Source of the DNA: Escherichia phage Esco_phi_B-01 | Length of the DNA: 64,000 bases | Direction: 5' to 3' (one strand) | Sequence record: OP292222.1 | In this document: positions 11,591 to 19,472 of the stretch, piece after piece | Layout of the letters: the number at the start of each line of letters is the position of its first letter | Numbering within the stretch: position 1 is the first letter of the stretch | Notes under the pieces: model-generated | What the model saw: the letters and a program-made list of their open reading frames with translations, nothing else | What the model was told of the DNA's origin: nothing | Database searches by the model: none | Translations under genes and position numbers: made by a program

Positions 11591-12063
11591 ATATTAAATT
11601 CGGACAAATTATCCCTAAAGGTTATGCAATTGAAATTGAAACCTGGGAAAATGATGGCGATAACTATAAAACCCAGACTGTATTTGGCGTAGAAGAACAT
11701 GAAATCCAACAGTACAAATATATCCTAGAACTTTTCCATGGTTCGCATTGCAACAACCCGGATAAATGCGGTAATTCGGAATGGGACGTAGTTAAGCATT
11801 TGGTTATTGCTCACATTGAATCTGGTGTAAAATCAGGCCAATTGACTCCTGAATTTTTAGATAAAGTCCTCGGTATCCAAGACTTGGAAGCCTTGCTGAA
11901 CGATGACGAAGAAGAATACTACTTGAATGAAGCCCTTACTGAGCTCCTTGGTATGGCTTGTGAATATGGTGGCGATTTTATCCGTGCAATTTCTTATGTC
12001 AAGCTGTATATCATTGAAGAAGAAATTAAAATCCCTGATGTGAAAGCACTTGATATGCTTTAA
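11587..12063 (+). CDS. hypothetical protein
   Basis: ATG at 11587 overlaps upstream stop (ATGA); the track start is a GTG 9 nt upstream. Confidence 0.5.
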   Translation: MNIKFGQIIPKGYAIEIETWENDGDNYKTQTVFGVEEHEIQQYKYILELFHGSHCNNPDKCGNSEWDVVKHLVIAHIESGVKSGQLTPEFLDKVLGIQDLEALLNDDEEEYYLNEALTELLGMACEYGGDFIRAISYVKLYIIEEEIKIPDVKALDML

Positions 12064-12148
12064 GAATTATGTGATAATATTACTCTATCATTAATACCCT
12101 CTATTACCAAAGGTTCTTCCCTCAAAGAGCCTTTCATAATAGAATTAA

Positions 12149-12222
12149 GGCCCTGTAGCTGGACGGTCAAGCGAGCGACTCATAATCGCTGGATGGTGGT
12201 TCGATTCCACCCAGGGCCACCA
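12149..12222 (+). tRNA. tRNA with CAU anticodon (Met, or Ile if lysidine-modified as in T4 tRNA-Ile)
   Basis: acceptor GGCCCTG/CAGGGCC, anticodon stem AGCGA/TCGCT with loop CTCATAA, T-arm GGTGG-TTCGATT-CCACC, 3' CCA encoded. Confidence 0.8.
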
Positions 12223-12226
12223 ATTT

Positions 12227-12301
12227 GGATGTGTAGCTCAGTGGTAGAGCAGTTGACTGTTAATCAATTGGTCCATGGTTCGAATCCATGCATGTCCGCC
12301 A
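12227..12301 (+). tRNA. tRNA-Asn (GUU)
   Basis: acceptor GGATGTG/CATGTCC with G-U pairs, D-arm TAGCTCAGTGGTAGAGC, anticodon loop CTGTTAA, T-loop TTCGAAT, CCA encoded. Confidence 0.75.
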
Positions 12302-12305
12302 AATA

Positions 12306-12381
12306 CGAGGCATAGCTCAGAAGGAAGAGCAACGGTCTTCTAAACCGTAGGTCGTAGGTTCGATCCCTACTGTCTCGACCA
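12306..12381 (+). tRNA. tRNA-Arg (UCU)
   Basis: acceptor CGAGGCA/TGTCTCG, D-arm TAGCTCAGAAGGAAGAGC, anticodon stem ACGGT/ACCGT with loop CTTCTAA, T-arm GTAGG-TTCGATC-CCTAC, CCA encoded. Confidence 0.8.
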
Positions 12382-12551
12382 AACAAGAAACCGGGTCGCT
12401 ACCGGTAAGTCGTCGGACTGAAGTTCCCTGAATAAGACCCGACTTTAAGGAGTACATGAGTTCCTCTTAAAGTCCCTTATCTCACAGCTGAAACGGCGCA
12501 CAGAACACTTGCCTAGCAGGTGGAACCCCGACAAGGTTACCCTAGGTTAAA
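12382..12551 (+). ncRNA. candidate stable small RNA downstream of the tRNAs
   Basis: about 170 nt with no credible ORF, GC-richer and self-complementary, ending at a terminator; T4 carries stable RNAs of unknown function in its tRNA cluster. Confidence 0.3.
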
Positions 12552-12579
12552 GGCCCTTCCGAAAGGTTGGGCCTTTTTT
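12552..12579 (+). terminator. rho-independent terminator
   Basis: GGCCCTTCCGAAAGGTTGGGCC followed by a T run. Confidence 0.7.
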
Positions 12580-12580
12580 G

Positions 12581-12588
12581 TATAAATA
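12581..12588 (+). promoter_or_regulatory. late promoter TATAAATA
   Basis: exact TATAAATA 27 nt upstream of the ATG at 12615. Confidence 0.55.
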
Positions 12589-12614
12589 TACAGTAAACTA
12601 ACTTAGGAAATAAT

Positions 12615-13169
12615 ATGAAACTTTTAAAATATTTGAGTTGGATTCTGTTGGTCCCACTAGATTTTATCTCTATGGTTCTGGCTGTTATCCTTGCACCTTT
12701 TGTAGTTCCTTTCCACAATAAAAAGACTGGTAAATTGCCATACGGTTTTGATTGGATGATGACATACGATAATCCAATTGACGGTGATAAAGGTCATATT
12801 AAACGTTGGGCTAAAATCAGGAAAATGCCTGGTGGTGTTTATCTCCAGAGAGTAGCTTGGCTATGGCGAAATAAAGCTTATAACTTTGCTTATCATAAAC
12901 TAGGACGTGATTGTAGTTCAGAATTCCATTATCGTGGTAATCCTGACGTAGAATCAGGTTCTCCTGATAAAGCCCACCATGGTTGGTTATGGATGTGGAA
13001 TGATGATGCCTGGGGTGTATTTGCTTCAGTTCCTTATCTTAAGGTCGGCGGAATCACATTTTACCTTCGCGTGTACTGTGGATGGAAGCTTAAGAGCCTT
13101 TTGTCTCGTAAAATCCCTAAAGCTATGTTAGCCTTCCACGTGAACCCGTTCCGGTTCTACAAGAACTGA
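12615..13169 (+). CDS. hypothetical N-terminally membrane-anchored protein, late-promoter driven
   Basis: 184 aa; N-terminal hydrophobic helix; flanked by duplicated terminator/late-promoter cassette. Confidence 0.55.
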   Translation: MKLLKYLSWILLVPLDFISMVLAVILAPFVVPFHNKKTGKLPYGFDWMMTYDNPIDGDKGHIKRWAKIRKMPGGVYLQRVAWLWRNKAYNFAYHKLGRDCSSEFHYRGNPDVESGSPDKAHHGWLWMWNDDAWGVFASVPYLKVGGITFYLRVYCGWKLKSLLSRKIPKAMLAFHVNPFRFYKN

Positions 13170-13174
13170 TTTAC

Positions 13175-13202
13175 GGCCCTTCCGAAAGGTTGGGCCTTTT
13201 TG
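13175..13202 (+). terminator. rho-independent terminator (duplicate of the 12552 copy)
   Basis: identical hairpin GGCCCTTCCGAAAGGTTGGGCC plus T run. Confidence 0.7.
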
Positions 13203-13210
13203 TATAAATA
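13203..13210 (+). promoter_or_regulatory. late promoter TATAAATA
   Basis: exact TATAAATA 29 nt upstream of the ATG at 13239. Confidence 0.55.
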
Positions 13211-13238
13211 GATAAGTTAATTAACACAGGAAACAATA

Positions 13239-13862
13239 ATGAAAACTTACAATGAATTTTTGAACGAAAGCGTTCTGAGTGAAGCCGGCTTGCGCATGAC
13301 TAAAGATATGTGGCAAGCTGCTTATGATAAAATTTCCGGGACTAAAACCACTACCGAGTTCTTTAAAAACGTTTATGATATGTATGGTTTTGATACTAGT
13401 AGCCAGAAAGAATATTACAAAGCTTCCAAAGCTTTTAAAGATATCGTAGCCGGTGGCGCTACTAAGCCTGCTAAACCAGCTAAAGCTCCTGTTGCTAAAC
13501 CTGCAGCCCCAACCAAAGTTGCACCACCTAAACCTGCTGCAGCGCCTAAAGCAGAGCCTGTAAAAGAAGCTCCTAAATCTAAAATCAAGTTTGACACCAC
13601 TACTATTGTTAAAAAATATAACCAGCTGGCTTCTTTGGTTTCTGAAATCGAAACTGAAACTAAACATCTCGTTCGAGAATTCAACGCTCTTCGTAACGGA
13701 CAGCACATTAACAACCTAGATACCCCAGACCTTTATCGCCTCTATCTGACGGTTGAAGGCCTTAAGTATACCCAGCCTATGCATGAAGAAATTGATAACA
13801 AACTTCGTCAAGCCCGCCGCCTTGCAGGTGACGCAGCACAGTTCGAAAAGACTCGTAAATAA
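13239..13862 (+). CDS. internal-protein-like protein with capsid targeting sequence and Ala/Lys/Pro-rich repeat segment
   Basis: MKTYNEFLNES N-terminus; low-complexity PAKPAKAPVAKPAAPTKVAPPKPAAAPKAEP; late promoter upstream. Confidence 0.6.
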   Translation: MKTYNEFLNESVLSEAGLRMTKDMWQAAYDKISGTKTTTEFFKNVYDMYGFDTSSQKEYYKASKAFKDIVAGGATKPAKPAKAPVAKPAAPTKVAPPKPAAAPKAEPVKEAPKSKIKFDTTTIVKKYNQLASLVSEIETETKHLVREFNALRNGQHINNLDTPDLYRLYLTVEGLKYTQPMHEEIDNKLRQARRLAGDAAQFEKTRK

Positions 13863-13865
13863 TGA

Positions 13866-13888
13866 AAGGAGACTTCGGTCTCCTTTTA
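13866..13888 (+). terminator. rho-independent terminator
   Basis: GGAGAC-TTCG-GTCTCC plus TTTT. Confidence 0.7.
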
Positions 13889-13921
13889 GGGGGTTTAGAC
13901 CAAAAATAATTTCACAAAGTT

Positions 13922-13968
13922 GTTTACACCTCCTTTAAACATGATACTATAGACCTATCAAAACAACA
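13922..13968 (+). promoter_or_regulatory. PeSL early promoter cassette
   Basis: GTTTAC 13922-13927, TACTAT 13945-13950, CTATCAAAACAAC. Confidence 0.6.
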
Positions 13969-13985
13969 GTGTGAAGGAGAGTAAA

Positions 13986-14249
13986 ATGGATAATTATGGC
14001 GAATTGTTTAATTTCTTTATGAAATGCGTTCCTGAAGAATTTGGTGCTACTGTTAACGATATTAAGGTTATAGGTGATGACCATCCCATATTTGAAACTT
14101 ACGCAGTAATGGGTAATGATGATGGACAATGGTACACCGTAAAGGTTGTGGTTAATATGTTTGCCGCCGAAGGTTATGTTAAATTGTCTACCAAAGTTTA
14201 CCATGATAACGATTTTGATGCGGAAGATTATTTCAATAATATGAAATAA
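13986..14249 (+). CDS. hypothetical protein
   Basis: ATG 7 nt after GGAGAG; 87 aa. Confidence 0.5.
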   Translation: MDNYGELFNFFMKCVPEEFGATVNDIKVIGDDHPIFETYAVMGNDDGQWYTVKVVVNMFAAEGYVKLSTKVYHDNDFDAEDYFNNMK

Positions 14250-14305
14250 TTGTTACACGGGCTCATGATTGAGATATTATGAGCCTATAATTTGAGGAGA
14301 GCATA

Positions 14306-14704
14306 ATGAATATCGAAGATAAAGAAATGCAAGAGTTGTATAATTCATTAACACCCGAACAACAAAAAGCTGCCAAAGAATTAGAGAAAGCTCTTACTTT
14401 CAGCTTGGCAAAAACTGATTGGGCCGCCATGTATGAAGAAAAAAGGAGATCGGAAATTGAAGCTGCCGAGAGAAATGAATGGATTGTAGAAACCAAGATT
14501 TCTGATGGTGGTTGCTCTGTTGAGGTGTCAGCTGTGGTTAAAGGTACTCATGGTGAAAAATCACTAGGTTGGCATAATGAGGCAAACAAATATATTGTTC
14601 TCTCAACGTCAAAAACTTATGGTCAAAAGGTTCCTGTATCCAAAGCTATTATTAAGCAAGCTCAATGGGAAGCCAATGAAATCTGCCTCGCCAAAATGAA
14701 ATAA
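14306..14704 (+). CDS. hypothetical protein
   Basis: 132 aa; RBS GAGGAGAG upstream. Confidence 0.5.
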   Translation: MNIEDKEMQELYNSLTPEQQKAAKELEKALTFSLAKTDWAAMYEEKRRSEIEAAERNEWIVETKISDGGCSVEVSAVVKGTHGEKSLGWHNEANKYIVLSTSKTYGQKVPVSKAIIKQAQWEANEICLAKMK

Positions 14705-14706
14705 AT

Positions 14707-14745
14707 GTTTACAACCCTCAGAGGACAGGGTATAATGTCCTCATG
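14707..14745 (+). promoter_or_regulatory. early promoter cassette with hairpin
   Basis: GTTTAC 14707-14712, 18-nt spacer, TATAAT 14731-14736; hairpin GAGGACA/TGTCCTC encloses the -10. Confidence 0.6.
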
Positions 14746-14779
14746 GATTACAAAATACCAACCGACTGAAGGAAATACT

Positions 14780-15373
14780 ATGAATACTTTAAAGAAAATT
14801 GTTGAGTTCATCCGTTCTAAACTGGGTACCGCGATGACTCAGAACCTGTCAATCGAAGACCAGTATACTAAAGCTGCTTCTACCCTGATTGATAAAATTA
14901 CCGAACTCCAGACTGCTCATGTTAAGTCTGTGAATGAAGAAAAACGCATTCGTGCATTGGCAAATGAAAAAGACCAACTGGCTGCTTCTAAAGAACGCGA
15001 AATTCGTAAACTGATTGCCGAAGGCGCCGATGTCCAGGTGCATGCTAAACTTGGCCTCCTTTATCGTCGTACAGCCACTCAACTTCGTAAGAAAGCTGAC
15101 GATTATATCGAAATGCGTAATGAAATTAAACTGAAGGTCAAGGAACTTGATGACTCTCGACAGGAACTGGCTGTTAAGCTCGAGTACATCCGTGAAACTC
15201 GTAATATGGCTGCCCTTGGTATTGCTACTGCCGATGATGTGGTTGAAATCGCTGCACTGACTAAGATTGATATTGAAGATACCCTGCTGCGTGTAGAAAC
15301 GTTTAAAGGCCCACAAGTTGGAATGGATACGACTTCTGCCGATATAGACGACTACATTAATTCACTTAAGTAA
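14780..15373 (+). CDS. hypothetical coiled-coil protein
   Basis: ATG after GAAGGAAATACT; long charged helical sequence. Confidence 0.5.
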   Translation: MNTLKKIVEFIRSKLGTAMTQNLSIEDQYTKAASTLIDKITELQTAHVKSVNEEKRIRALANEKDQLAASKEREIRKLIAEGADVQVHAKLGLLYRRTATQLRKKADDYIEMRNEIKLKVKELDDSRQELAVKLEYIRETRNMAALGIATADDVVEIAALTKIDIEDTLLRVETFKGPQVGMDTTSADIDDYINSLK

Positions 15374-15380
15374 TGTTACT

Positions 15381-15404
15381 GGGAGACTTCGGTCTCCCTA
15401 TTTG
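15381..15404 (+). terminator. rho-independent terminator
   Basis: GGGAGAC-TTCG-GTCTCCC then TATTT. Confidence 0.65.
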
Positions 15405-15421
15405 GAGGAGAGGAGAATATT

Positions 15422-15964
15422 ATGAGTTTATATGATGACCTGATATCAAATGTCGATTGGTTTAAACATAGTGGTCTTTCCCATGAAACTAATGCAGTTC
15501 TTTATAGAATTCGCCAAGACTTAGGTTATTCCAATGATTTCTTAAGTCGAACAAGCAGACGTGGGCATACTACCAAATTACCTTTTATCTTTGCTTTAGC
15601 TGAAGACCTTTCTTTTGCAGAAGCTTTAGAAATTATTGACGTAAATCTGGGTATTCAACGGGTGGAATTCGCTGGACTACGTTATTCAGTATACTCTTTA
15701 AATGAACCAAGCGATTATAAACAGCTTGTTGATGCTGATGATGATTATCACTTGGTATGCTATTTGATGTTAGAAAACGGTGACCACTTTGGTATGGTAG
15801 ACCGTCGTCCGAGTTATTCGGATATTAAAAATTACGATAAAGATGAGCTTATTATTTTAGCCAACGAATATACATCAGAGAGTCGTAAACAACAACGGAA
15901 GCTTAATCGCTTTATTGCTGAATGCCGTGAATACGCTAAAGAGGTTCAAAATGGAACGGCCTAG
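15422..15964 (+). CDS. hypothetical protein
   Basis: 180 aa; RBS GGAGGAGAGGAG upstream. Confidence 0.5.
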   Translation: MSLYDDLISNVDWFKHSGLSHETNAVLYRIRQDLGYSNDFLSRTSRRGHTTKLPFIFALAEDLSFAEALEIIDVNLGIQRVEFAGLRYSVYSLNEPSDYKQLVDADDDYHLVCYLMLENGDHFGMVDRRPSYSDIKNYDKDELIILANEYTSESRKQQRKLNRFIAECREYAKEVQNGTA

Positions 15965-16304
15965 TCTTTCATCGCATGTTTATCAATTGGCTGAATATGA
16001 TATTGCTATTTCCTTATTCACGGGAATTGTCACAGGTATGCTCGGCGGTCTGGTTGGTCTGGTAATGACCACAGTTATGGCTGCAATCGAAGGAGTCATG
16101 CCTATTGAGATGGGTTTCTATATGATAATTGCTCCGGCTGTCGTGGCTTATTTTATCCCTCTCGTGTATGATATTTGCCATACAAATGCTTTGAATGCTC
16201 CCATCCGTAAGAGATATGCTTTAGAGATGGCTAATTATAATGAGTATGTAAAACAAACCAAACGTAATGACCTTGAAACCTTTATTAAGGAATGTAAATC
16301 ATGA
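15951..16304 (+). CDS. hypothetical membrane protein
   Basis: internal ATG after GAGG; two or three TM helices. Confidence 0.45.
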   Translation: MERPSLSSHVYQLAEYDIAISLFTGIVTGMLGGLVGLVMTTVMAAIEGVMPIEMGFYMIIAPAVVAYFIPLVYDICHTNALNAPIRKRYALEMANYNEYVKQTKRNDLETFIKECKS

Positions 16305-16591
16305 ATAAAATTGAAATTGAAATCCCTGAATACAACGACGAGAAATCTGCAGAAAAAGCTATCTATGCTCTTCTGAATAAAGTAGATACCATCGAACATG
16401 AATGTGAAGCTATTGCCGATAAGTACGGTATTCAATTCGGAACAGGTGATTATGGCTCAGGACGTACATACTACCCTGTTGGTTATGAATGCTCCCAGTG
16501 GTTTAAAGATGAAATTGAAAACAATGGTGGTGAAGTTGAAAATGGCGTCGTTACAGTTGGTGCCTGGATTTCCTCTTCAGCAATGTGCTAA
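16301..16591 (+). CDS. small acidic protein, paralog family member 1 (C-terminal WISSSAMC)
   Basis: one of four tandem small ORFs sharing a C-terminal W-[IV]-S-S-S-x-x-C motif. Confidence 0.5.
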   Translation: MNKIEIEIPEYNDEKSAEKAIYALLNKVDTIEHECEAIADKYGIQFGTGDYGSGRTYYPVGYECSQWFKDEIENNGGEVENGVVTVGAWISSSAMC

Positions 16592-16600
16592 GGAAACGCT

Positions 16601-16882
16601 ATGATGAATGATAACCATAACCACCCAGAGCTTCTGGCCGCAGTAAAAGAAATTCATGAAGCTATTCGTCGTGCCGAGGAAATTGCAGACAAATATGAGA
16701 CTCATTTTAATATATACCCTGCTCGCGGTATGGGCGGTGACTATTATTCTCCTGGTGCCTTGAAAGCTGACCTTGCCCATTGGGAAGAAGATGGTCATCC
16801 TGAATGGGCTATTGTTAATACTCATGACTATACAACTGACCTGGAAAATGGTGGTTGGGTGTCCTCTTCTTCTGAATGTTAA
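16601..16882 (+). CDS. small acidic protein, paralog family member 2 (C-terminal WVSSSSEC)
   Basis: as above; RBS AAGGAAA upstream. Confidence 0.5.
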   Translation: MMNDNHNHPELLAAVKEIHEAIRRAEEIADKYETHFNIYPARGMGGDYYSPGALKADLAHWEEDGHPEWAIVNTHDYTTDLENGGWVSSSSEC

Positions 16883-16891
16883 GGAAATATT

Positions 16892-17089
16892 ATGTCTCGT
16901 GAATTAGATTGTGCAATCCGAACTGCCGCGGCGGCTATTGAAAACGTTATCCAGATTTGCAAAGAAGAACGTGAAGAAGCTGATATCTATATCGATGGTG
17001 TTCGTGACTTAGAACGACATATCACGCTTTATAACGGTTGTATTACTATTAGTGGTACCTCTTGGGTATCATCCTCTTACGAATGCTAA
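16892..17089 (+). CDS. small acidic protein, paralog family member 3 (C-terminal WVSSSYEC)
   Basis: as above. Confidence 0.5.
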   Translation: MSRELDCAIRTAAAAIENVIQICKEEREEADIYIDGVRDLERHITLYNGCITISGTSWVSSSYEC

Positions 17090-17099
17090 GGAATAAAAA

Positions 17100-17324
17100 A
17101 TGACTGATATTGATGAATTAGAAAAAGCTGCTCTTGAACTGGCTGCATTGTATAAGAAAGTAAAAGATATGGCTTCTGCTCAAAGTTTTGGTGTTGAGTT
17201 AGACGATTACGATGGTGAAGTTCGTCTTGAAGATTGGCTGAATAGCTCTTGTTACGGCGAAGAAGCTGGCCGAACCTTCGTTGCTCGTCCCGATGGTAAA
17301 ATCTGGTACCCGAGCTCATGCTAA
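17100..17324 (+). CDS. small acidic protein, paralog family member 4 (C-terminal WYPSSC)
   Basis: as above, more divergent. Confidence 0.45.
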   Translation: MTDIDELEKAALELAALYKKVKDMASAQSFGVELDDYDGEVRLEDWLNSSCYGEEAGRTFVARPDGKIWYPSSC

Positions 17325-17545
17325 AATTAAAGAAAAGATACATTCGTAAAATAAACGGTCTTCGTGATTATGCCAAAGGTTGGCCGTTAAGTATTATTAT
17401 GGCTGATAGACACCCACGTTATAATACTGAGATGACCTATTACAAAAAGTATGATTCATATTGTCGGTCTAAAGCAGGTCGTTTAGATGGTTCTTATGAA
17501 GAATACTTTGGTAAAAAACCTACTCGTATTTCGTTAGGAAAATAA
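17318..17545 (+). CDS. hypothetical basic protein
   Basis: 75 aa ORF overlapping upstream stop. Confidence 0.45.
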   Translation: MLKLKKRYIRKINGLRDYAKGWPLSIIMADRHPRYNTEMTYYKKYDSYCRSKAGRLDGSYEEYFGKKPTRISLGK

Positions 17546-17575
17546 TTTAGCCACATGGATGTGGTAGGAGGACTT

Positions 17576-17905
17576 ATGCATAAAGATTCAGTATTCAAAT
17601 ACCTTTTGAAAACGGATAAAGAATTCTATATGAATGGGCAAGCTTTCTTGTTCATTCGTGGTAAACGTGAGATGTTTTATAAATGCGACCTCTCAATGCA
17701 TCACCATATGTATCATACCCATGGCGAGTCTATACTAGGGTTCTCTAGTGACGAGACTAGACACATAGCTATGTACTACGACCATTTTAAGCTCAATGAT
17801 TGTGGTGACAACGCTTTGGTCTGGAATCCATCTTGGCGACGTTGGGATATGGTAGACAACGATAAATTATTTTTAGAATATTGTAGAAGTGATGTACAAC
17901 TCTAA
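17576..17905 (+). CDS. hypothetical His/Cys-rich protein
   Basis: ATG after GTAGGAGG; 109 aa. Confidence 0.5.
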   Translation: MHKDSVFKYLLKTDKEFYMNGQAFLFIRGKREMFYKCDLSMHHHMYHTHGESILGFSSDETRHIAMYYDHFKLNDCGDNALVWNPSWRRWDMVDNDKLFLEYCRSDVQL

Positions 17906-17948
17906 AAACTTGTGTTACTATTACCCTACACAAACATGAGGAGAACAT

Positions 17949-18188
17949 ATGTGGTATTACTCTCCGCTGTCTGATAAGTCTGATGAGCCGGTACGAATTA
18001 GTCGTGCTAAGTTTAAAAAGATTTATGGCTTTGCCTATAAGAAGTCTGATTATGGTGTTCGTTTTGAAGATGCCCACTGTATCAATGACCCTTATGCGGA
18101 AGAAATCTCTAATGAGATAATTCCTATCGTTAAGAATAATTCTGATGATATGTGGGAATTGCATAACGATTACGTTGCTGAAATTTAA
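17949..18188 (+). CDS. hypothetical protein
   Basis: 79 aa; RBS GAGGAGA upstream. Confidence 0.5.
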   Translation: MWYYSPLSDKSDEPVRISRAKFKKIYGFAYKKSDYGVRFEDAHCINDPYAEEISNEIIPIVKNNSDDMWELHNDYVAEI

Positions 18189-18207
18189 GTTTACTGAGGA
18201 AAATATT

Positions 18208-19167
18208 ATGATGCTAGTTATTGGTTCTCGTGCACTGCACCACGCCGGTCTGATTGAAAGTAAGTATATCGAAAATTCTGATTGGGATTTTATTGCCGAC
18301 CAAGGCTCATGGAATCACTTTAAAGCCCGGATGTTCGGCGCTCATGTGCACGTAGACAACCCAGACGTCCAGGCTTTTAAATGCATGCACAACGGTAAAG
18401 AAACCTATTTTGAAGCTTATATCGTCCGCGCCTTGACTAACGTACGTGAAATTACCGGCGAGCTTCAGGACGAAGATTTAACCTCAAGTTATCGACTCCT
18501 GAAATACGCCGAAAATCATATTAAAAAGGATCGTCTTACAGGTTTCTATTGGGCAACGCCTGATATCTGTCTGGCTATCAAAATGAGCCATCGTTATTTG
18601 AAGAACCACCCTTTCTTTTTGAAGACGATGTCCCACATCAAATATCTTCGTAATAAAGGTGTAACCTTGAATGAAGAGCTCCAAGAAATCATGCTGCAAC
18701 GCCAGAAAGAAACGTTGAGCTATTCTCATCCTAAATTGGATGTAAACAAATCATCATTCTTTAATGATACCATTTATACATTAGACCATGACTCCATCCA
18801 CGAAGCTGTGGCATTGGCTGGACGCCCTGCATATACCTTTTATATGAAAGATGGTTCTGAAGTCATGACCTCACGTGAGAAGTTTGAAGCTTTGCCTGAA
18901 GCTATTAAACTGGCTGGCGTATATGAAGAAACTTGTGTGTTGGCCCTAGAACGTTCACAGGTTCCTAACGACTTTAATATTTCACCATCATTAAGTTTCT
19001 ATATGGCTCTTGAGAAAGTGTGTACCTCAATCACTTCAGGCTGGTTCCGCACTTATGCCTGGGAAAACTACCAAGCTGTAGTGAATATGTATAAGACGCT
19101 AGGTGAAAATGACTACATCAAGCGGTTCCAAGATAACCAACATTTAATTCGTCCTTTCACAAAATAA
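18208..19167 (+). CDS. predicted Pol-beta-superfamily nucleotidyltransferase (hypothetical)
   Basis: N-terminal IGSRALHHAGLIESKYIENSDWDF fits the GS...D-x-D nucleotidyltransferase signature; ATG after TGAGGAAAA. Confidence 0.5.
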   Translation: MMLVIGSRALHHAGLIESKYIENSDWDFIADQGSWNHFKARMFGAHVHVDNPDVQAFKCMHNGKETYFEAYIVRALTNVREITGELQDEDLTSSYRLLKYAENHIKKDRLTGFYWATPDICLAIKMSHRYLKNHPFFLKTMSHIKYLRNKGVTLNEELQEIMLQRQKETLSYSHPKLDVNKSSFFNDTIYTLDHDSIHEAVALAGRPAYTFYMKDGSEVMTSREKFEALPEAIKLAGVYEETCVLALERSQVPNDFNISPSLSFYMALEKVCTSITSGWFRTYAWENYQAVVNMYKTLGENDYIKRFQDNQHLIRPFTK

Positions 19168-19179
19168 TTGCATAAAACA

Positions 19180-19225
19180 GTATACAAGGTCTATAGGTGT
19201 GATACTATAGACCTATCAAAACAAC
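19180..19225 (+). promoter_or_regulatory. degenerate PeSL cassette (-35 mutated to GTATAC)
   Basis: GTATACAAGGTCTATAGG...TACTATAGACCTATCAAAACAAC, same as other PeSLs except in the -35. Confidence 0.45.
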
Positions 19226-19245
19226 AGAGTGAAATGGAGAATAAA

Positions 19246-19458
19246 ATGAAACTTTCTAACCAAGCAATCAACATGTTAAACGAAGTTCGTGCAGCTGGTG
19301 CTAAATGCCTGATGGTTAACACTCGTGACGGTGACCTTCGTCAAGCATTTGGTGAATTGAAATCTGCTGACCTGGTTAAATGTTCAGTTGGTATCGGTAA
19401 CGCACTTCGTGTATCTTTATCCCCTAAAGGTAAAATGTACTTTTTCAACAAAAAGTAA
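19246..19458 (+). CDS. hypothetical protein (alternative start 19234)
   Basis: ATG after GGAG of the PeSL 3' arm. Confidence 0.5.
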   Translation: MKLSNQAINMLNEVRAAGAKCLMVNTRDGDLRQAFGELKSADLVKCSVGIGNALRVSLSPKGKMYFFNKK

Positions 19459-19472
19459 TTGAGGAAAATATT

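Noticed and set aside
13221-13714. Minus-strand ORFs 13221-13706 and 13415-13714 opposite the AKP-repeat internal-protein gene
   Set aside because: Low-complexity translations produced by the reverse complement of the Ala/Lys/Pro repeat; the plus-strand gene has the capsid targeting leader and a late promoter.
14780-15373. PspA/IM30-like identity for the coiled-coil protein
   Set aside because: Only a general charged-helix resemblance; no specific motif match, so left as hypothetical.
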